Part shown: piece by piece, positions 30,154 to 44,543 of the stretch
Layout: each line of letters begins with the position of its first letter
Numbering within the stretch: position 1 is the stretch's first letter
DNA from: Octopus sinensis
Taxonomy: Eukaryota
NCBI RefSeq assembly: GCF_006345805.1
Contig: NW_021834662.1
Coordinates: 32,971 to 96,970 of the forward strand
DNA: 64,000 nucleotides
Reading direction: 5' to 3'
Translations under genes and position numbers: made by a program
The notes under the pieces: model-generated
The model's database searches: none
What the model was told of the DNA's origin: nothing
Seen by the model: the letters and a program-made list of their open reading frames with translations, nothing else

Positions 30154-30254
30154 TTGTATATGATATATATATATATATATATCAACCCACGTTCCGGGTT
30201 CATTCCTACTGCGCGGTGCCTTGGCGTCTTCTGCTATAGCTACTACCTACCTAC

Positions 30255-30350
<96 letters not shown>

Positions 30351-30872
30351 ACATACATACAGACATACATATATATGAATATATACTTTTATTATTTTGT
30401 TCCAGACATTTGACTATGGCCATGCTGGAGCACGCCTAAGTCGAACAAATCGAGCCCAAAACTTGTTGTGTGTAAGCCTAGTACTTATTCTATCGGACAC
30501 TTTTCCGACCACTATTTATGAGGGCCGTAGACATACCGACATATGTTGTCAAGCGATGGTGGGCAGGGGATCAAACAGAGACGCATAAACATACACACAC
30601 ACACACCACACACACACACACACCACACATATATATAATATATTATATATTATATATATATAATATATATATATATAATACGACGGGCAACAACCTTCTT
30701 TCAGTTTCCGTCCACCAAATCCACTCACAAGGCTTTGGTCGGTTCGAGGCTATAGCAGAAGACGCCCAAGGCACCGCGCAGTAGGACTGAACCCGGAACC
30801 GTGGGGTTGATATATATATATATATACTACATATACAAACATATACAATATATATATATATATATATATATA

Positions 30873-30909
<37 letters not shown>

Positions 30910-31085
30910 CATACGCAATATATAGTTATGATATCTTCTGTTTAAGGACGGTTGTAGAGTAGAGTATCAAACTGGTCCAACTTCAAATTTCCCTTATGTA
31001 TGCATTAGTAGCATTTTTCAGTTACATATATATACAAGACTGAGTTAAACTGTTTTGATCCATGTATATATATATATATATATAT

Positions 31086-31120
<35 letters not shown>

Positions 31121-31420
31121 AGACCAAAGTGTACGTACGCCGCAATATGTATTGGCCAGATTGGGCCAATATATGTAGTATAACCAGCCAGAATTGCAAA
31201 GATAATCTGGAACTCGATTGAGGAAAGGAAACTCCGAACGACCCGTCCTGTTTCCTTTGTATCATCTATCTGGATGTTTTCCGTTCTTGTCCATTTTGTA
31301 TATATATATTATATTATATATATATATATATAATATATATATATATATAGATATATATATATATATATGAAAAAACAAGTCAAAATAGAAAATGCTAAAA
31401 TAATTTTATGGTGAATCTTT

Positions 31421-31457
31421 CAGTACCGGTTTCGGTCATTTGAGACCTTTTCAACTG
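31421..31457 (-). ncRNA. Minimal hammerhead ribozyme, U3-A8 variant
   Basis: cag TTGAAAA ggtc tcaaat gacc GAAA ccgg TA ctg. Same family as 54244-54281. Confidence 0.72.
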
Positions 31458-31605
31458 TAACGATTAATAATTAAATTTAGAAAAATTAGAAGAAAAGTTT
31501 TTTTAAAGGAATATTTCTATAGTAGTGTTCAGATATAAGTGGCATTCTGCCTTTCTCTGACTCCCTTGTTTGCACTTGTGTGTTCGAGGTCGTATATATA
31601 TATCA

Positions 31606-32090
31606 GATAAAACCACTATTATGCAACTCAAACAGTGATAGACATAAACTAAAACATTATAAAACATATAACTAGATTTCAAGAAGTATAAAAATGAATA
31701 ATCAATATATAATAAGTAAACAAAACTACGTACGTTTCATGGCTACAATTAAATTTCAATTACAATTAGATTTAAATTCAATTGAATTTATTCAATTTAA
31801 AATTATATCCAATCTTCTATTTGTTTATTTATTTAACTATTATTGTTAACCTGACTTGACTGTAATTTTAAATTGAATTTATTTCAATTGAATTTAAATT
31901 TAATTGTAACTCGAATTTTTAATTGTAGCCATGAAACGTACGTAGTTTATTTTTACTTATTATATATTGATTATTCATTTCTATACTTTTTGAGATCTAG
32001 TTATATGTTTTATAAAAATATATTTTATTTGCTATTTATATTTTGGTTCATGTCTATCACTGCTTGTGTTGCATAATAGTGGTTTTATTT
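31606..32090. mobile_element. Inverted-repeat Penelope-like fragment with a degenerate hammerhead
   Basis: About 31606-31785 is a reverse complement of about 31880-32090. GAAA cgtacg TA gtt at 31933-31947. The 5' core half near 31848 is eroded. Confidence 0.6.
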
Positions 32091-32763
32091 CTAATTTATA
32101 TTTTATATATTTATATTGTGAAATTTGATTTAATACTAGATTGAACTTTTCCCTGTAAGTTTGGAGTTATACTCCCTAATATCATATCATATCATATATA
32201 TATATATATAATAACAAATTAATAAATAAAACATGCATATATACATACATATATGCAGGTATCTACATCTATATGTATATATACATGCATATATGGTTAC
32301 AGGACACCAAAAAAACGTCGAACACAATGAGAAACGAAAACAAACACAAAACCAAGGAAATGGACATTTTTCGTAAACAACGAAAAAATAGAGTACAAGA
32401 CATTACAACACAAGGAACATTCCCCTTCTCCAACCGCCTCTGTTTCATCTACTCCGCGTATCGAAGGTAAGGGCGAGACACGACTTCTTTGAAACAATCC
32501 TTCCCGCAAAAAGCAAACTAAATAAAAAATTTTTGCGGAGGGGTAAAAATGGTAACAAAAACAGGACAGTAAAGACAGTACAAAATATAAACAGTAAAAG
32601 ACAGGACAAGGAGAATAACAGTAGCTCGAAAAACAGTAACATGGAAGGCTGTTAAGCCAGAACGAAAGAAAAAAATATTATGAACGCTTTGAAAACAGCT
32701 AGAGAGACAGGGAAAACCGTCCACACTTGAAGGAAGCCAGGTCAGATATATATATAATATATA

Positions 32764-32811
<48 letters not shown>

Positions 32812-32846
32812 ATAGAATAGTAGACAACAAAAGATCAAAAATTTAT

Positions 32847-33093
32847 CTGTAAATGTAATATGTGTCAATTATTCGGTAGCCATGAAAAACTCCGAGTTTC
32901 GGATGTCGGGGTGAAATCCACGCCACCATCTCTTCATTTATCCGGCCATCGGAAAAATGCTATGAAAATGACCTTTCATAGCATTTTTTTCTGATGGTCG
33001 GATAACTGAAGAGATGGTGGCGTGGATTTCCACCCCGACATCCGAAACTGGGAGTTTTATCATGGTTACCGAATAATTGAAACATATTACATT

Positions 33094-33097
<4 letters not shown>
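32847..33097. repeat. ~250-bp palindrome carrying two opposed hammerhead motifs
   Basis: Arms 32847-32967 and 32974-33097 are reverse complements and lie between TA tracts. Confidence 0.85.
33002..33060 (+). ncRNA. Type I hammerhead-like motif
   Basis: ataa CTGAAGA gatg ... catc c GAAA ct ggg ag TT ttat. Confidence 0.62.
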
Positions 33098-33184
<87 letters not shown>

Positions 33185-35027
33185 TCTGTGTGTGTGTGTA
33201 TGTGTGTGTTTGTATATGTGTATATGTGTGTGTGTGTATATTTGTGTCCGTGTTTGCCACCCCTCCATGACTTGGCAACCGATGTTGGTGTGATGGCATC
33301 CCAGTAACCTAGCGGTTCGGCATAACAGATCGATGGAATAAGTACTAGGCTTACAAAGAATAAGCCCTGGGGTGGATATGTTCGACTAAAAGTGGTGCTC
33401 TAGCATGGCCGCATTGACTGAAACAAATAAAAGATATATATATATATATATGCATATGCATAAAAATATGTATGTGTATGCATGGATATGTGCATGGAGG
33501 TATGTATGCGTTCATGTACATACTTACACACACATACATATCCACTAAAACGGAATACATAGACAGTATGTAAATATATGATTAGTGTTTATATATGTAA
33601 ATATTTGTTAACATTTTTATGGCAGAAATATTTGTGTACACACGCGCTCACATTATATTCATATATATTTTTTTTTGTTTCCTTTTTATTTTCTGTCATT
33701 TGGCTACAGCCATACTGGAGCATCGCCTTGTAGTCGAACAAATCTACTCCAGGACTTATTCTTTGTAGGCCAAATACCTATTTCTATCGGTCTCTTTTGC
33801 CGAACAGCTATGTTACGGGGACGTGAACACGCCAACATCGGTTGTCAAGTGATATATACATATATATACGACGGGGTTCTCTCATCTTCTGTCTACCAGA
33901 TCCACTCACAAGGCTTTGGTCGGCCCAAGTGAGACTGTACCTGGAACCATGTTGTTGCTAAGCAAGCTACTTTATTTCATAAAATTGGCTCTGCAGACTT
34001 ACAAAGATGTAACTGCAGACTGGACAAAGATACAATGATTAATGGAATGAAAAAAATGGTTGGTGGGAGAAGCAAACAACGCTCGCTGATTGTTGCATTC
34101 TCAGAAAACATTGTTGTCTTTTTTTTACAACATAACAAAATAAGGTATTGAACGTCTTACCTCAGTTCAAAAAATGGACGCAATCGTCCTTGCAAATTAA
34201 GGTGCTGAGCCTCTTACCAAAAAAAAAAACAACAACAAAAAAACAAAACAAACAATACAAATGCAAATTTAGGCACTAAGGCCTCTTATCTTTCCTCCCT
34301 GACCAGGCTATGTGCCTCCGGCAGGCAATCCTGCATTTCCAAGTCGGGGGCTCCAAAAGGCAAACCTATATTACTCCTTGGGAAAGGAGTCCATCACCCT
34401 GAATATATCATCCTCCGTTATCACCTCCGCAGGTAACAAGGGACGCCAATCTGGGTCTTCAGTCCAGGACAGGACCCCCTCTCTCTGGCCCTCTAGCTTC
34501 TTCACAAAACTATGTACCGCCCTTCCCTTATGAAAGATCACGAAATCATCCTTCATCATTATGGGAGGGGCCACAGTTTCCTCCGTCGGTGTCAGAATTT
34601 CCACTGACGAGGTTTCAGGACAATCCGGCGGTGTACTACTAACAGCCGGGACCGTCCTATTCTTCGTCTTCTGTTTTTTTTTCACTTGTGCAAGTTAATT
34701 ACCACATAGCCACTCCTGCGCGTGAATATAATATGCACGCGTATTAGCTTAGGACTCCTTAACAAGAATGTGGCCTTCATTTGACAAAGGTATCTTTGGC
34801 CTGATAAGTAGCTGGCCAAGCAGGCCTCGTTGGGTAATTGTTACACCTGAAAATCTGCTTACTGGGAAACATATGTTGGCTGAATTCTCTCTGCTTCACC
34901 CACAATATCGATGAGGTAAATATATGTAGAAATATAAATAAACTCACATGCACATACGCGAACGCAAAATCACACACTGTTGCATATATATGTACCCGCA
35001 TTCATATGGCAATAAACTTTATTGCTC

Positions 35028-35058
<31 letters not shown>

Positions 35059-35059
35059 A

Positions 35060-35104
<45 letters not shown>

Positions 35105-35105
35105 G

Positions 35106-35144
<39 letters not shown>

Positions 35145-35291
35145 TACTCACGCACACACACATATGTATATACAGAGTGTGTGTGAGAGAGAGATAGACA
35201 GATAGATAGGTAGATAGATAGATAGATAGAGAGACAGAGAGCTAGCTAGCTAGCTAGATAGATAGATAGACAGACAGGCAGATAGACAGAC

Positions 35292-35334
<43 letters not shown>

Positions 35335-35757
35335 CAAACAGAGAGACAGATATAGATATACACACGCACATATACATACACACTCACACACACATACACG
35401 CGCATATACACAGACGCTCACACATACACGCATTTACAGCTGCACATATACACACATATGCAGGTATCGAATACACTCAAACACAAATACAAATTAATTA
35501 ATCGTAACCTGGCTGGAAATTCGATTCCCGCCACAACATCACACAAGCCCACCTCACCCCACCGCCCTTTCCTGTCCCTCCTCACACTGCTGCTCACATC
35601 CGCCCACTCCCTGCGTTCATTACCCCTTAACCTCACCCCAGTCCACCCGCAACCGGCCCCGTCAACCCTCAAAAACACGTGCAGCTGAGATATTCCTTTG
35701 TTCTCAACAACAAGCAAACACACCGACACGGCCATACGAGTAGCACGCACTTACACG

Positions 35758-35806
<49 letters not shown>

Positions 35807-35854
35807 GTGCATAAATGCGTATGCACTCAGACAGACATACAACATACATGCATA

Positions 35855-35892
<38 letters not shown>

Positions 35893-36304
35893 GTATATAT
35901 ATGTATTTATAGGCGCAGCAGTGGCTTTGTAGTATGTAGCTTGCTTACCAACCACATGGTTCCGGGTTCAGTCTCACTGCGTGGCATCTTGGGCAAGTGT
36001 CTTCTTCTATAGCCTTGGGCTGACCAAAGCCTTGTGAGAGGATTTGATAAACGGAAACTGAAAGAAGCCCGCGGAGTAGATAAAACAGGGGACACCTAAT
36101 GAAGCGAATGTTCTTTATGTTGCCTGTCTCGTTTCTCCATTTTTTTCTTTCGTTGTTCAAAGTAGTTCGTTTTCTATTTTTTATGTTCTCGTTTCTCATT
36201 TTGTTGACGTCTTTTTTAGATGTCCTATACCCATATATGCATGTGTATATATACATAGATACGTAGATATGTACATATATGTATGTATATATATGTATAT
36301 TTAC

Positions 36305-36504
36305 TCTTTTACTTGTTTCAGTCATTTGACTGCGGCCATGCTGGAGCACCGCCTTTAGTCAAGCAAATCGACCCAGGGACTTATTCTTTGTAAGCTCAGT
36401 ACTTATTCTATCGGTCTCTTTTGTCGAACCGCTAAGTGACGGAGACGTACACACACCAGCATCGGTTGTCAAGCAATGCTAGGGGGACAAACACAGACAC
36501 ACAA

Positions 36505-36535
<31 letters not shown>

Positions 36536-36704
36536 CATATATACGACAGGCTTCTTTCAGTTTCCGTCTACCAAATCCACTCACAAGGCATTGGTCGGTC
36601 CGGGGCTATAGCAGAAGACACTTGCCCAAGGTGCCACGCAGTGGGACTGAACCCGGAACCATGTGGTTGGTTAGCAAGCTACTTACCACACAGCCACTCC
36701 TGCG
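36305..36704 (-). mobile_element. tRNA-derived SINE, family B, best-preserved copy
   Basis: Head gcgcaggagtggctgtgtggtaag..gggttcagtccc, CORE-like accttgggcaagtgtctt, internal TA/TG tract, and tail ggcggtgctccagcatggccgcagtcaaatgactgaaacaagtaaaag. Other copies or fragments lie near 23281, 30395, 33240, 33685, 35911, 39456, 39680, 43595, 58370, 59295, 60620 and 62258. Confidence 0.9.
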
Positions 36705-36758
36705 CATTATTTATATTATCATATGACTGAACGCGACGCATCCATTTCCAAGTAAGTT

Positions 36759-36844
<86 letters not shown>

Positions 36845-36870
36845 GTCTGTCTGTCTGTCTGTCTGGCTGG

Positions 36871-36916
<46 letters not shown>

Positions 36917-36938
36917 ATATATATATATATATGATATG

Positions 36939-37228
36939 TGGAGGCGCAATGACCCAGTGGTTAGGGCAGCGGACTCACGGTTGTAGGATCACGGTTTCTC
37001 AGACCGGGCATTGTGAGTATTTATTGAGCAAAAACACCTAAAGCTCCACGAGGCTCCGGCAGGGACGGTGGCGATCCCTGCTGTACTCTTTCGCCACAAC
37101 TTTCTTTCACTCTTTCTTCTGTTGGCCTGCTCGCTTAGCCAGCGGGGTGGCGTCATTTGAAGGCTAAAATAATGCGAAGCGCATTGTGACCAGCGATTTA
37201 TCAACATCTGATAGCCTGGTCGGTCACG

Positions 37229-37232
<4 letters not shown>
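36939..37232 (+). mobile_element. tRNA-derived SINE, third family
   Basis: tRNA-like head ggaggcgcaatgacccagtggttagggcagcggactc. GC-rich ~290-bp unit between TA tracts. Confidence 0.65.
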
Positions 37233-37271
<39 letters not shown>

Positions 37272-37303
37272 TCAAAATAAGCAACAAGAATGACTCCGGT
37301 AAT

Positions 37304-37389
37304 TTGGTACGATCGTTTCGTACTACATCATTTTATTAAATGTTTTAAGTATTACAACAGATTTAAAATGCCGAGTACTCATCAACCAA
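37304..37389 (-). ncRNA. Type I hammerhead motif (U3-G8)
   Basis: ttgg TTGATGA gtact ... agtac GAAA cgatcg TA ccaa. Confidence 0.7.
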
Positions 37390-38113
37390 TTATAGAGATT
37401 TTCCATTAATACAAAAATTTTCATATCAAGTGGCAACATTATAGAGAAGGTAGATATATAGACAAAGATGTGGATTTAAATTTTAAGAACATTTGAGGTA
37501 GTGGAGCCCATCAACTGACTGACTAAGATTTGGTTGATCCAAACTACTGTAAGGTCGTGAGAGGGAAGAATAAGTTGAAGGAGACAATAAAGATTTTCTA
37601 ATTATAGAAATGGGGTAAAGGGGTTTTTCAGAGCTCCATATAAGGAATTTATGTGGAAGACAGCATTGTCACTACTAAATGCCAATTACTACTATTTGAT
37701 GAACAGATTCGGCGTTAGGAGAACTAGGTCAATGTCAAGTGGTCACAATCACATTCACAGAGAGTGCAGAGACCTTACAAACCCTATGCATATCATCACA
37801 ACAGTTGGTCTATAAGTTCCAAGTACTTTGACACGTTAGAATAAAGGAAAAATATAAATCTAAAATTTATTCAAATTGGAGAAAAAGACTATCACTTATT
37901 ATGAGTAGGCAAAGTACTTATTAACTGGGGAAAAAGTCTTTTTGGACAATATTCTACCCCGTATAATTCCTAATCTCCCCCTGAGTCTATGGATTAATAC
38001 AGATGAGGTAATAGATTGGTTTAAATCTCTAGATAACACTAATAGAATAGGCGGTACTCCAGCATGGCCGCAGTCAAATGGTTGAGACAAATAAGAGAAT
38101 ACAAGTATATATA

Positions 38114-38157
<44 letters not shown>

Positions 38158-38276
38158 CTTTAGGATCGTGAGCTGAATACCATAACCCCTAAGTCACGCG
38201 CCTTCACATCAAGCTCTTCTCTTCGTATAACATGCCTTCATGGATGTAGGGGATCATGGCCATCTGCACCAAATAT

Positions 38277-38375
<99 letters not shown>

Positions 38376-38409
38376 CATATGCATATATATATATACATAT
38401 ATATATATG

Positions 38410-38492
<83 letters not shown>

Positions 38493-38530
38493 GGTGAGCA
38501 AGTTGGTGTGTGAAAGCACGTGGTTGAATA

Positions 38531-39055
38531 TATAGAAAATAGTAAAAAGTGAAAAAACTACAGAAGGCTTGTTTTAAAAGGTTAAAAAATATATATTTGA
38601 GTCATTATGTCTGAAGAATGTTATAAATTTTTTTCATACAATGACATAGTTTTTGAAGAAATGACCGGTTCGGAACACCAACACAAATTAGACTAAACAA
38701 GGAAACATTCTTCATTGAAAAATACAAGCTCAAACTTAACCATTCCAACATTCTTATACAAAGAAACTCACTCCAAAAAAAAAGGCAAGAAATATTAAGC
38801 GATTATCTCCCTTACACCGGAAGAAATCACTTATTACCTCCCCTTATCTGGAACTCTCTCCTTCACGCTTCTCAACGTAAACACAACGATGTAAGAAATT
38901 TGAAAAGCTGAACGCGAAACCGGTCATTTCTTCAAAAACTATGTATTTGTATGAAAAAAACATTATAACATTCTTCAGACATAATGACTCAAATATATAT
39001 TTTTTAACCTTTTAAAACAAGCCTTCTGTAGTTTTTTCACTTTTTCCTATTTTCT
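38531..39055. mobile_element. Inverted-repeat Penelope-like fragment
   Basis: 38531-38672 is a reverse complement of about 38915-39055. Confidence 0.75.
38893..38932 (+). ncRNA. Ultra-minimal hammerhead ribozyme, U3-A8 variant (40 nt)
   Basis: aagaaat TTGAAAA gc tgaac gc GAAA ccgg TC atttctt. Stem I is 7 bp and the triplet is GUC. Confidence 0.72.
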
Positions 39056-39084
39056 CTCTCTCTCTCTATAATATATATATATGC

Positions 39085-39129
<45 letters not shown>

Positions 39130-39217
39130 GACTTTTGGACTCATAGGATATTTGGATATCACACACACACACACACACACAATATATATATGTATATATA
39201 TAGAGAGAGAGTGATAT

Positions 39218-39346
<129 letters not shown>

Positions 39347-39347
39347 T

Positions 39348-39424
<77 letters not shown>

Positions 39425-40140
39425 ATAGGCACAAGCAGTGCTGTGTGGATAAGTGCAGGCATGGCTATGTAGTAAGATTTTTGCTTCCCAACCACATGGT
39501 TCTGGGTTCAGTCTCACTGCGTGGAACCTTGGGTGAGTGTGTGAGTGTGCCTGTGTGTAACCTAGTGGTTCGGCAAAAGAGACCGAAGGAGTAAGTACTG
39601 AGCTTACAAAGAATAAATCCTGCCGTCGATTCGTTCAACTAAAGGCGCTGCTCCCACTCGATGCGTATCTCTAATTATTCTTTTATTCTCTTACTTGCTT
39701 CAGTCATTTGGCTACTGGCCACGCTGGAGCACCGCCTTTAGTCGAGCAAATCGACTCCACAGGTACGATATAATTGTCATTGGATACACGTCAGGAATTC
39801 CACGGGGCTGAGTTTATAATGAATGATGTTAAACGGAGAATGGATTTAGATAATGGTTTTTGCTAAATCTATTTTCCATTTACACACACACACACAACAC
39901 ACACACACACACACACACAAATATAAAGGCGGTGAGCTGGTAGAATCGTTAGCACGCCGGGAGAAATGCTTAGCGTTATTTTGTCTGCTGCTACGTTCTA
40001 AGTTCAAATTCCGCCGAGGTCAACTTTGCCTTGCATCCTTTTGGGGTCGATGAAATAAGTACCAGTGAAACACTGGTGTCGATGTAATCAACCCAGGCCC
40101 CTCCCCAAATATGTCAGGCCTTATGCCTATAGTAGAAAGG

Positions 40141-40231
<91 letters not shown>

Positions 40232-40336
40232 TTATATATAGACGCACACACAAACATATATATATAACGTATATGTATATGTGTGTGTGTGTGTGAGTTT
40301 ATATAATAAACATTCATTCTCGCAAACGTGCACACG

Positions 40337-40414
<78 letters not shown>

Positions 40415-41824
40415 GTGATAGCAAAGACATTATAAGCGGTAATCCCGGCTACCACACCACCACCAAAACAACAACAACATCAACAATTACTATCCCCATC
40501 ACCACCACCACCGCAACTTCTGCCGTCAACAACGCCCTCAACAACAACAACAACAACAAGTGCTTTCTCTACATCTGGTGACCTTTCATTTTAAAGTAAT
40601 TTACGAGGGTCATCGTGACTAGGTTAACTTACCTGAAGAGCGGGTCGTGTGACTGGGTGGATTAATGGTGTTGGTTAATGGCGGTGGTGATGTTGCAATT
40701 AGTGGCGTGACAGTGGTGCTGTTGGGGGAAGTTGTGGTGAGGGTTGTGGTGCTGTGGTAACGATAGTGCTTATTGGTTGAGGTAAGGGTGGCGGCGGTGA
40801 CCATGTGTTGTTGTTGTTAATGGCAGAGTTAGTGGGGCGGTTGGATGTCGTAGGTGTATACGAGCGGCAGTGCGTAGAATTTAATCAGAAGAACAATAGC
40901 GTAAGGGTCAGGTGAAACTAGGAGACAAACTGATGAAAGGGATACGTATGTATGCGTATGTATGTATGCTTGCATGTATATATGTATGTATTTATGTATT
41001 TATGTATGTATGCATGTATGTATATGCATATACATATATGTGTTTTGCATTGTATATTTATATACATATATACATATACATATACACACACATTCGTACG
41101 TGCACATGCACACACACACACTCTCTCTCTCTCTCACACACACACACATAGAGCAATAAAATCGTGGAAAACGCATTCAAGTCATCCAGTAACACGCAAA
41201 AAATTTAAATTCCCTTTAAAGTTAATTTGACAGCGTTATACATATGTTTTTTGCCTCCGGTGATGGAATAGATCGCATCTTTTGACCGCTGACCACTTTC
41301 TGAGTAAATGCACCATCTGTACGTCTCTTCTTGAAACAGCTGTTAGGGACTATTTACACACCTTCCTTTCTTCCTTCTCTATTCTCATCCACCTTTGGAT
41401 TCTTACCTGCGATAACACACAATAATTCAAACACTTCTCATATGATTGTTCCGGGAGAATGGTAGCATACACCTCAAGAATGCTTCTCAATTGATTCTTT
41501 ATCGACCTCTTGTGATCTGCACAAATGTAACAGTCTACGCTCATGCTTAAATATATGAGTGTCCTAAACTGACCTGACCGCCCGTTGTTTACTTGTCTAT
41601 GCTTTTATTCTATTATACGCGTACCAGCTCAATTAAAATACCACGAATAGATAACCTTCACTGGAGCAGTTACAACACCCATCCTTTTTTTAGTTTCAGG
41701 TGAAGTTTTAGTCTACACCGTCACTCAGCATGAGTATTAATTGAATGTACCTGTTACCTTACGTCATCAGCCATAATATTACCTGAATTTTACATACATA
41801 AACACACACACACACACACACGCA

Positions 41825-41882
<58 letters not shown>

Positions 41883-42118
41883 ACACACACATACACATAA
41901 ATATATATACTTGTAATATAAGGCCAGAAATTTTTTTTAAATTTCCGTTGGCTTTCTTTTCTCGTTTCAACACGCTGTGTATTTATAGTGAAAGATATTG
42001 TATGTGGTTAGACGATCTAAAGTCTATTTTTCAGCATACTGGCATAGAACTTTTTTTCTATTGACCTTATTTATAATTGTATGTAGATATATATATACAT
42101 ACATACATACATATACAT

Positions 42119-42159
<41 letters not shown>

Positions 42160-42259
42160 TTCATCAAAATTTAGATTCAGATGAATATGGTACTTAAGTC
42201 AAAGGCACCAGAATTTTGTATGGTATTATCCATATAAATCAAATGGGGTGATTATAATC

Positions 42260-42584
42260 AAAATAAGCAACAAAGATATCCAAGGTAGAGTAGTACAATT
42301 GTTTCATGCAACTTCATATTATTAAACACTATAAGTATTACATCAGTTTTAAAATGTCGAGCAATCTGCAGCCACATATAGAATTTTCCAGTTAAACGGA
42401 CAATGCACATTCTTAATAGGGATAAGAAATAGGGATAAGAATGTGCATTTCCGTTTCATTGGAAAATTCTATATGTGGCTGCAGATTGCTCGACATTTTA
42501 AAACTGATGTAATACTTACAGTGTTTAATAAAATGAAGTAGCATGAAACAATTGTACTACTGGATATACTTGTTGCTTATTTGG
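42260..42584. repeat. Palindromic Penelope-like fragment with two opposed damaged hammerheads
   Basis: Arms about 42260-42414 and 42436-42584. gtgg CTGCAGA ttgct ... agcat GAAA caattg TA ctac at 42475-42560. Confidence 0.75.
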
Positions 42585-42610
42585 ATATATATATATTTAT
42601 ATATATATAT

Positions 42611-42676
<66 letters not shown>

Positions 42677-43761
42677 ATATATATATATATTTATATATCT
42701 CTCTATATATATGTATATATATATATAATGTAAAGAATAAGTAGATGGGATCCGAGCAGGTACCTTATCAGCACTCTCATATAATCCAGGTTCGAATAAT
42801 AGGGAACATACAGAATTGTCTAAGATAAACAATTACATGGCACTTCACTTCATTGGCTTTCATACACCATACAGGTCATATAACCAAGCGATCATAAAGC
42901 GGAATGAACAATGATGCATCTTCAAAGCTGGAATATTGGTGTAGCATGTATGTATATTTAGTTGGTTCAGCTGCAGTAGGGAGTCTTCCAGAATAGACAT
43001 TATCATGCAGCTTTGTTCAAAGTTTTACCCATGCTGGTGAGTGAAGTGAGTTCGTTTCACACACCCGCATGGCTAAAGCCTTTAAGTTTTGAAGGTGTAT
43101 AATTCTCCATTCTTCTTTATGATGTCTGATTATATACTCTGTATGTTTGTGTATATAGGCACACACACACATATATATACACACACACAAACACATGCAT
43201 ACATACCTACACACATATATAAGAGAGGGTCACACACACACAAATACACACATGTATAAGTGAGGGTCTAATAACTGCTGTTATATTCGTAGTTTGATTT
43301 TTCACTGATTTCTTTTTCTTGTTCTCGTTGAAAACAAGATATTTCAGTGGAATATCACAATATAGTTGAAAGGACAACAAGATAGCAATGTTGCTTTTGG
43401 TGTTCTAAGAAGAACTTCCGACAATAGCGACAAGTAGAGATCAACTCTGTTCTTTGTTTTTATGCTGATATAAACTTCATCTTTATGTCGAAATAAAATA
43501 ATTAGCTGTAATGAACATGTCAAAGATCATATAAAGTCATATGTTCACATACATTCACATAAACATACACACATGTATGTATATATAGAGCTACAGGCGT
43601 TGTTCTGTGCTAAAAAATTTGTTTCCGAATCACATGGTTCCAGTTTCAGTTCCACTGCGTGGAACCTGGGGAAGTGTGTCCTACTATTTCCTCAGACTGA
43701 TCCAAAGCCTTGTGAGTGGATTTGGTAGAAAGAAGCGGAAGAGGACCTTCGTCTTATATAT

Positions 43762-43816
<55 letters not shown>

Positions 43817-43897
43817 ATTCGAGACAAAACCACTATTTTAAAACCAAACGAGGAAAGACTTAATCAATACAAAATTTTATATAAATTAAATAAACCG

Positions 43898-43939
43898 CCA
43901 CTACAAATGTTCATGTCTGCTCCGACAATCTTCAGGTGG
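43898..43939 (-). ncRNA. Degenerate minimal hammerhead motif
   Basis: ccac CTGAAGA ttgtc ggagca gacat GAA catttg TA gtgg. One A of GAAA is missing. Confidence 0.5.
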
Positions 43940-43977
43940 ATTTTCGATCTTCTAATCAGTATCAAATTTTGATATAT

Positions 43978-44071
<94 letters not shown>

Positions 44072-44235
44072 TTATGTGTGTGTGTGTGTCTTTTTGTCTG
44101 TGTTCTTCTCCCACTTCAGAACCGGTGTTGGTATGTTTACTTCTCTGTAACTTGGTGATTCAGCAAAGCGACCGATGAAAGAAGTACCAAACTTTAAGAA
44201 AAATATGTACTGGGGGTCGATTCTTCAGTATATTG

Positions 44236-44543
44236 TTTTTAGTCGTGTTTGTTTGTCCGTGGACAAGATATCTCAAGAACCGCTGGATGGATTCGGATGA
44301 AACTTTCAGGTATGTTTGGCCACATGACTGGTACAAACTGATTAGATTTCGGGATCTGGATTAATTTTCCTGTATTTTTACTTAATTTTTGAGATCGGTC
44401 GGGTTCATTTTTAGTATTCTCGTTTGTAAGAGCAGTTGAGTTTATTTCAGATATTCTCATTTTAAAAATCATCTCTGGCTAATCGTTTGGAGGACATTGG
44501 TGCTACCTTAGCTGAGGTTTGTGCCCGCTGAGTGCTCCTGTTA
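44236..44543 (+). mobile_element. Probable Helentron/DINE-1-like non-autonomous element
   Basis: tgtttgtttgtccgt..atatctcaagaaccgctggatggattcggatgaaacttt resembles the common HINE core. A weaker similar piece lies at about 6655-6800. Recognised from memory only. Confidence 0.5.

Noticed and set aside
34290-34690. 104-aa minus-strand ORF in a GC-richer patch
   Set aside because: No recognisable domain. Probably a retroelement ORF1 relic, but I cannot support a call.
36939-37010. tRNA-like sequences at SINE heads
   Set aside because: No complete cloverleaf. They continue into SINE bodies, so they are not tRNA genes.
41150-41320. Possible mariner internal fragment (KSWKTHSSHPVTRKKFK)
   Set aside because: Short weak similarity and no TIRs.
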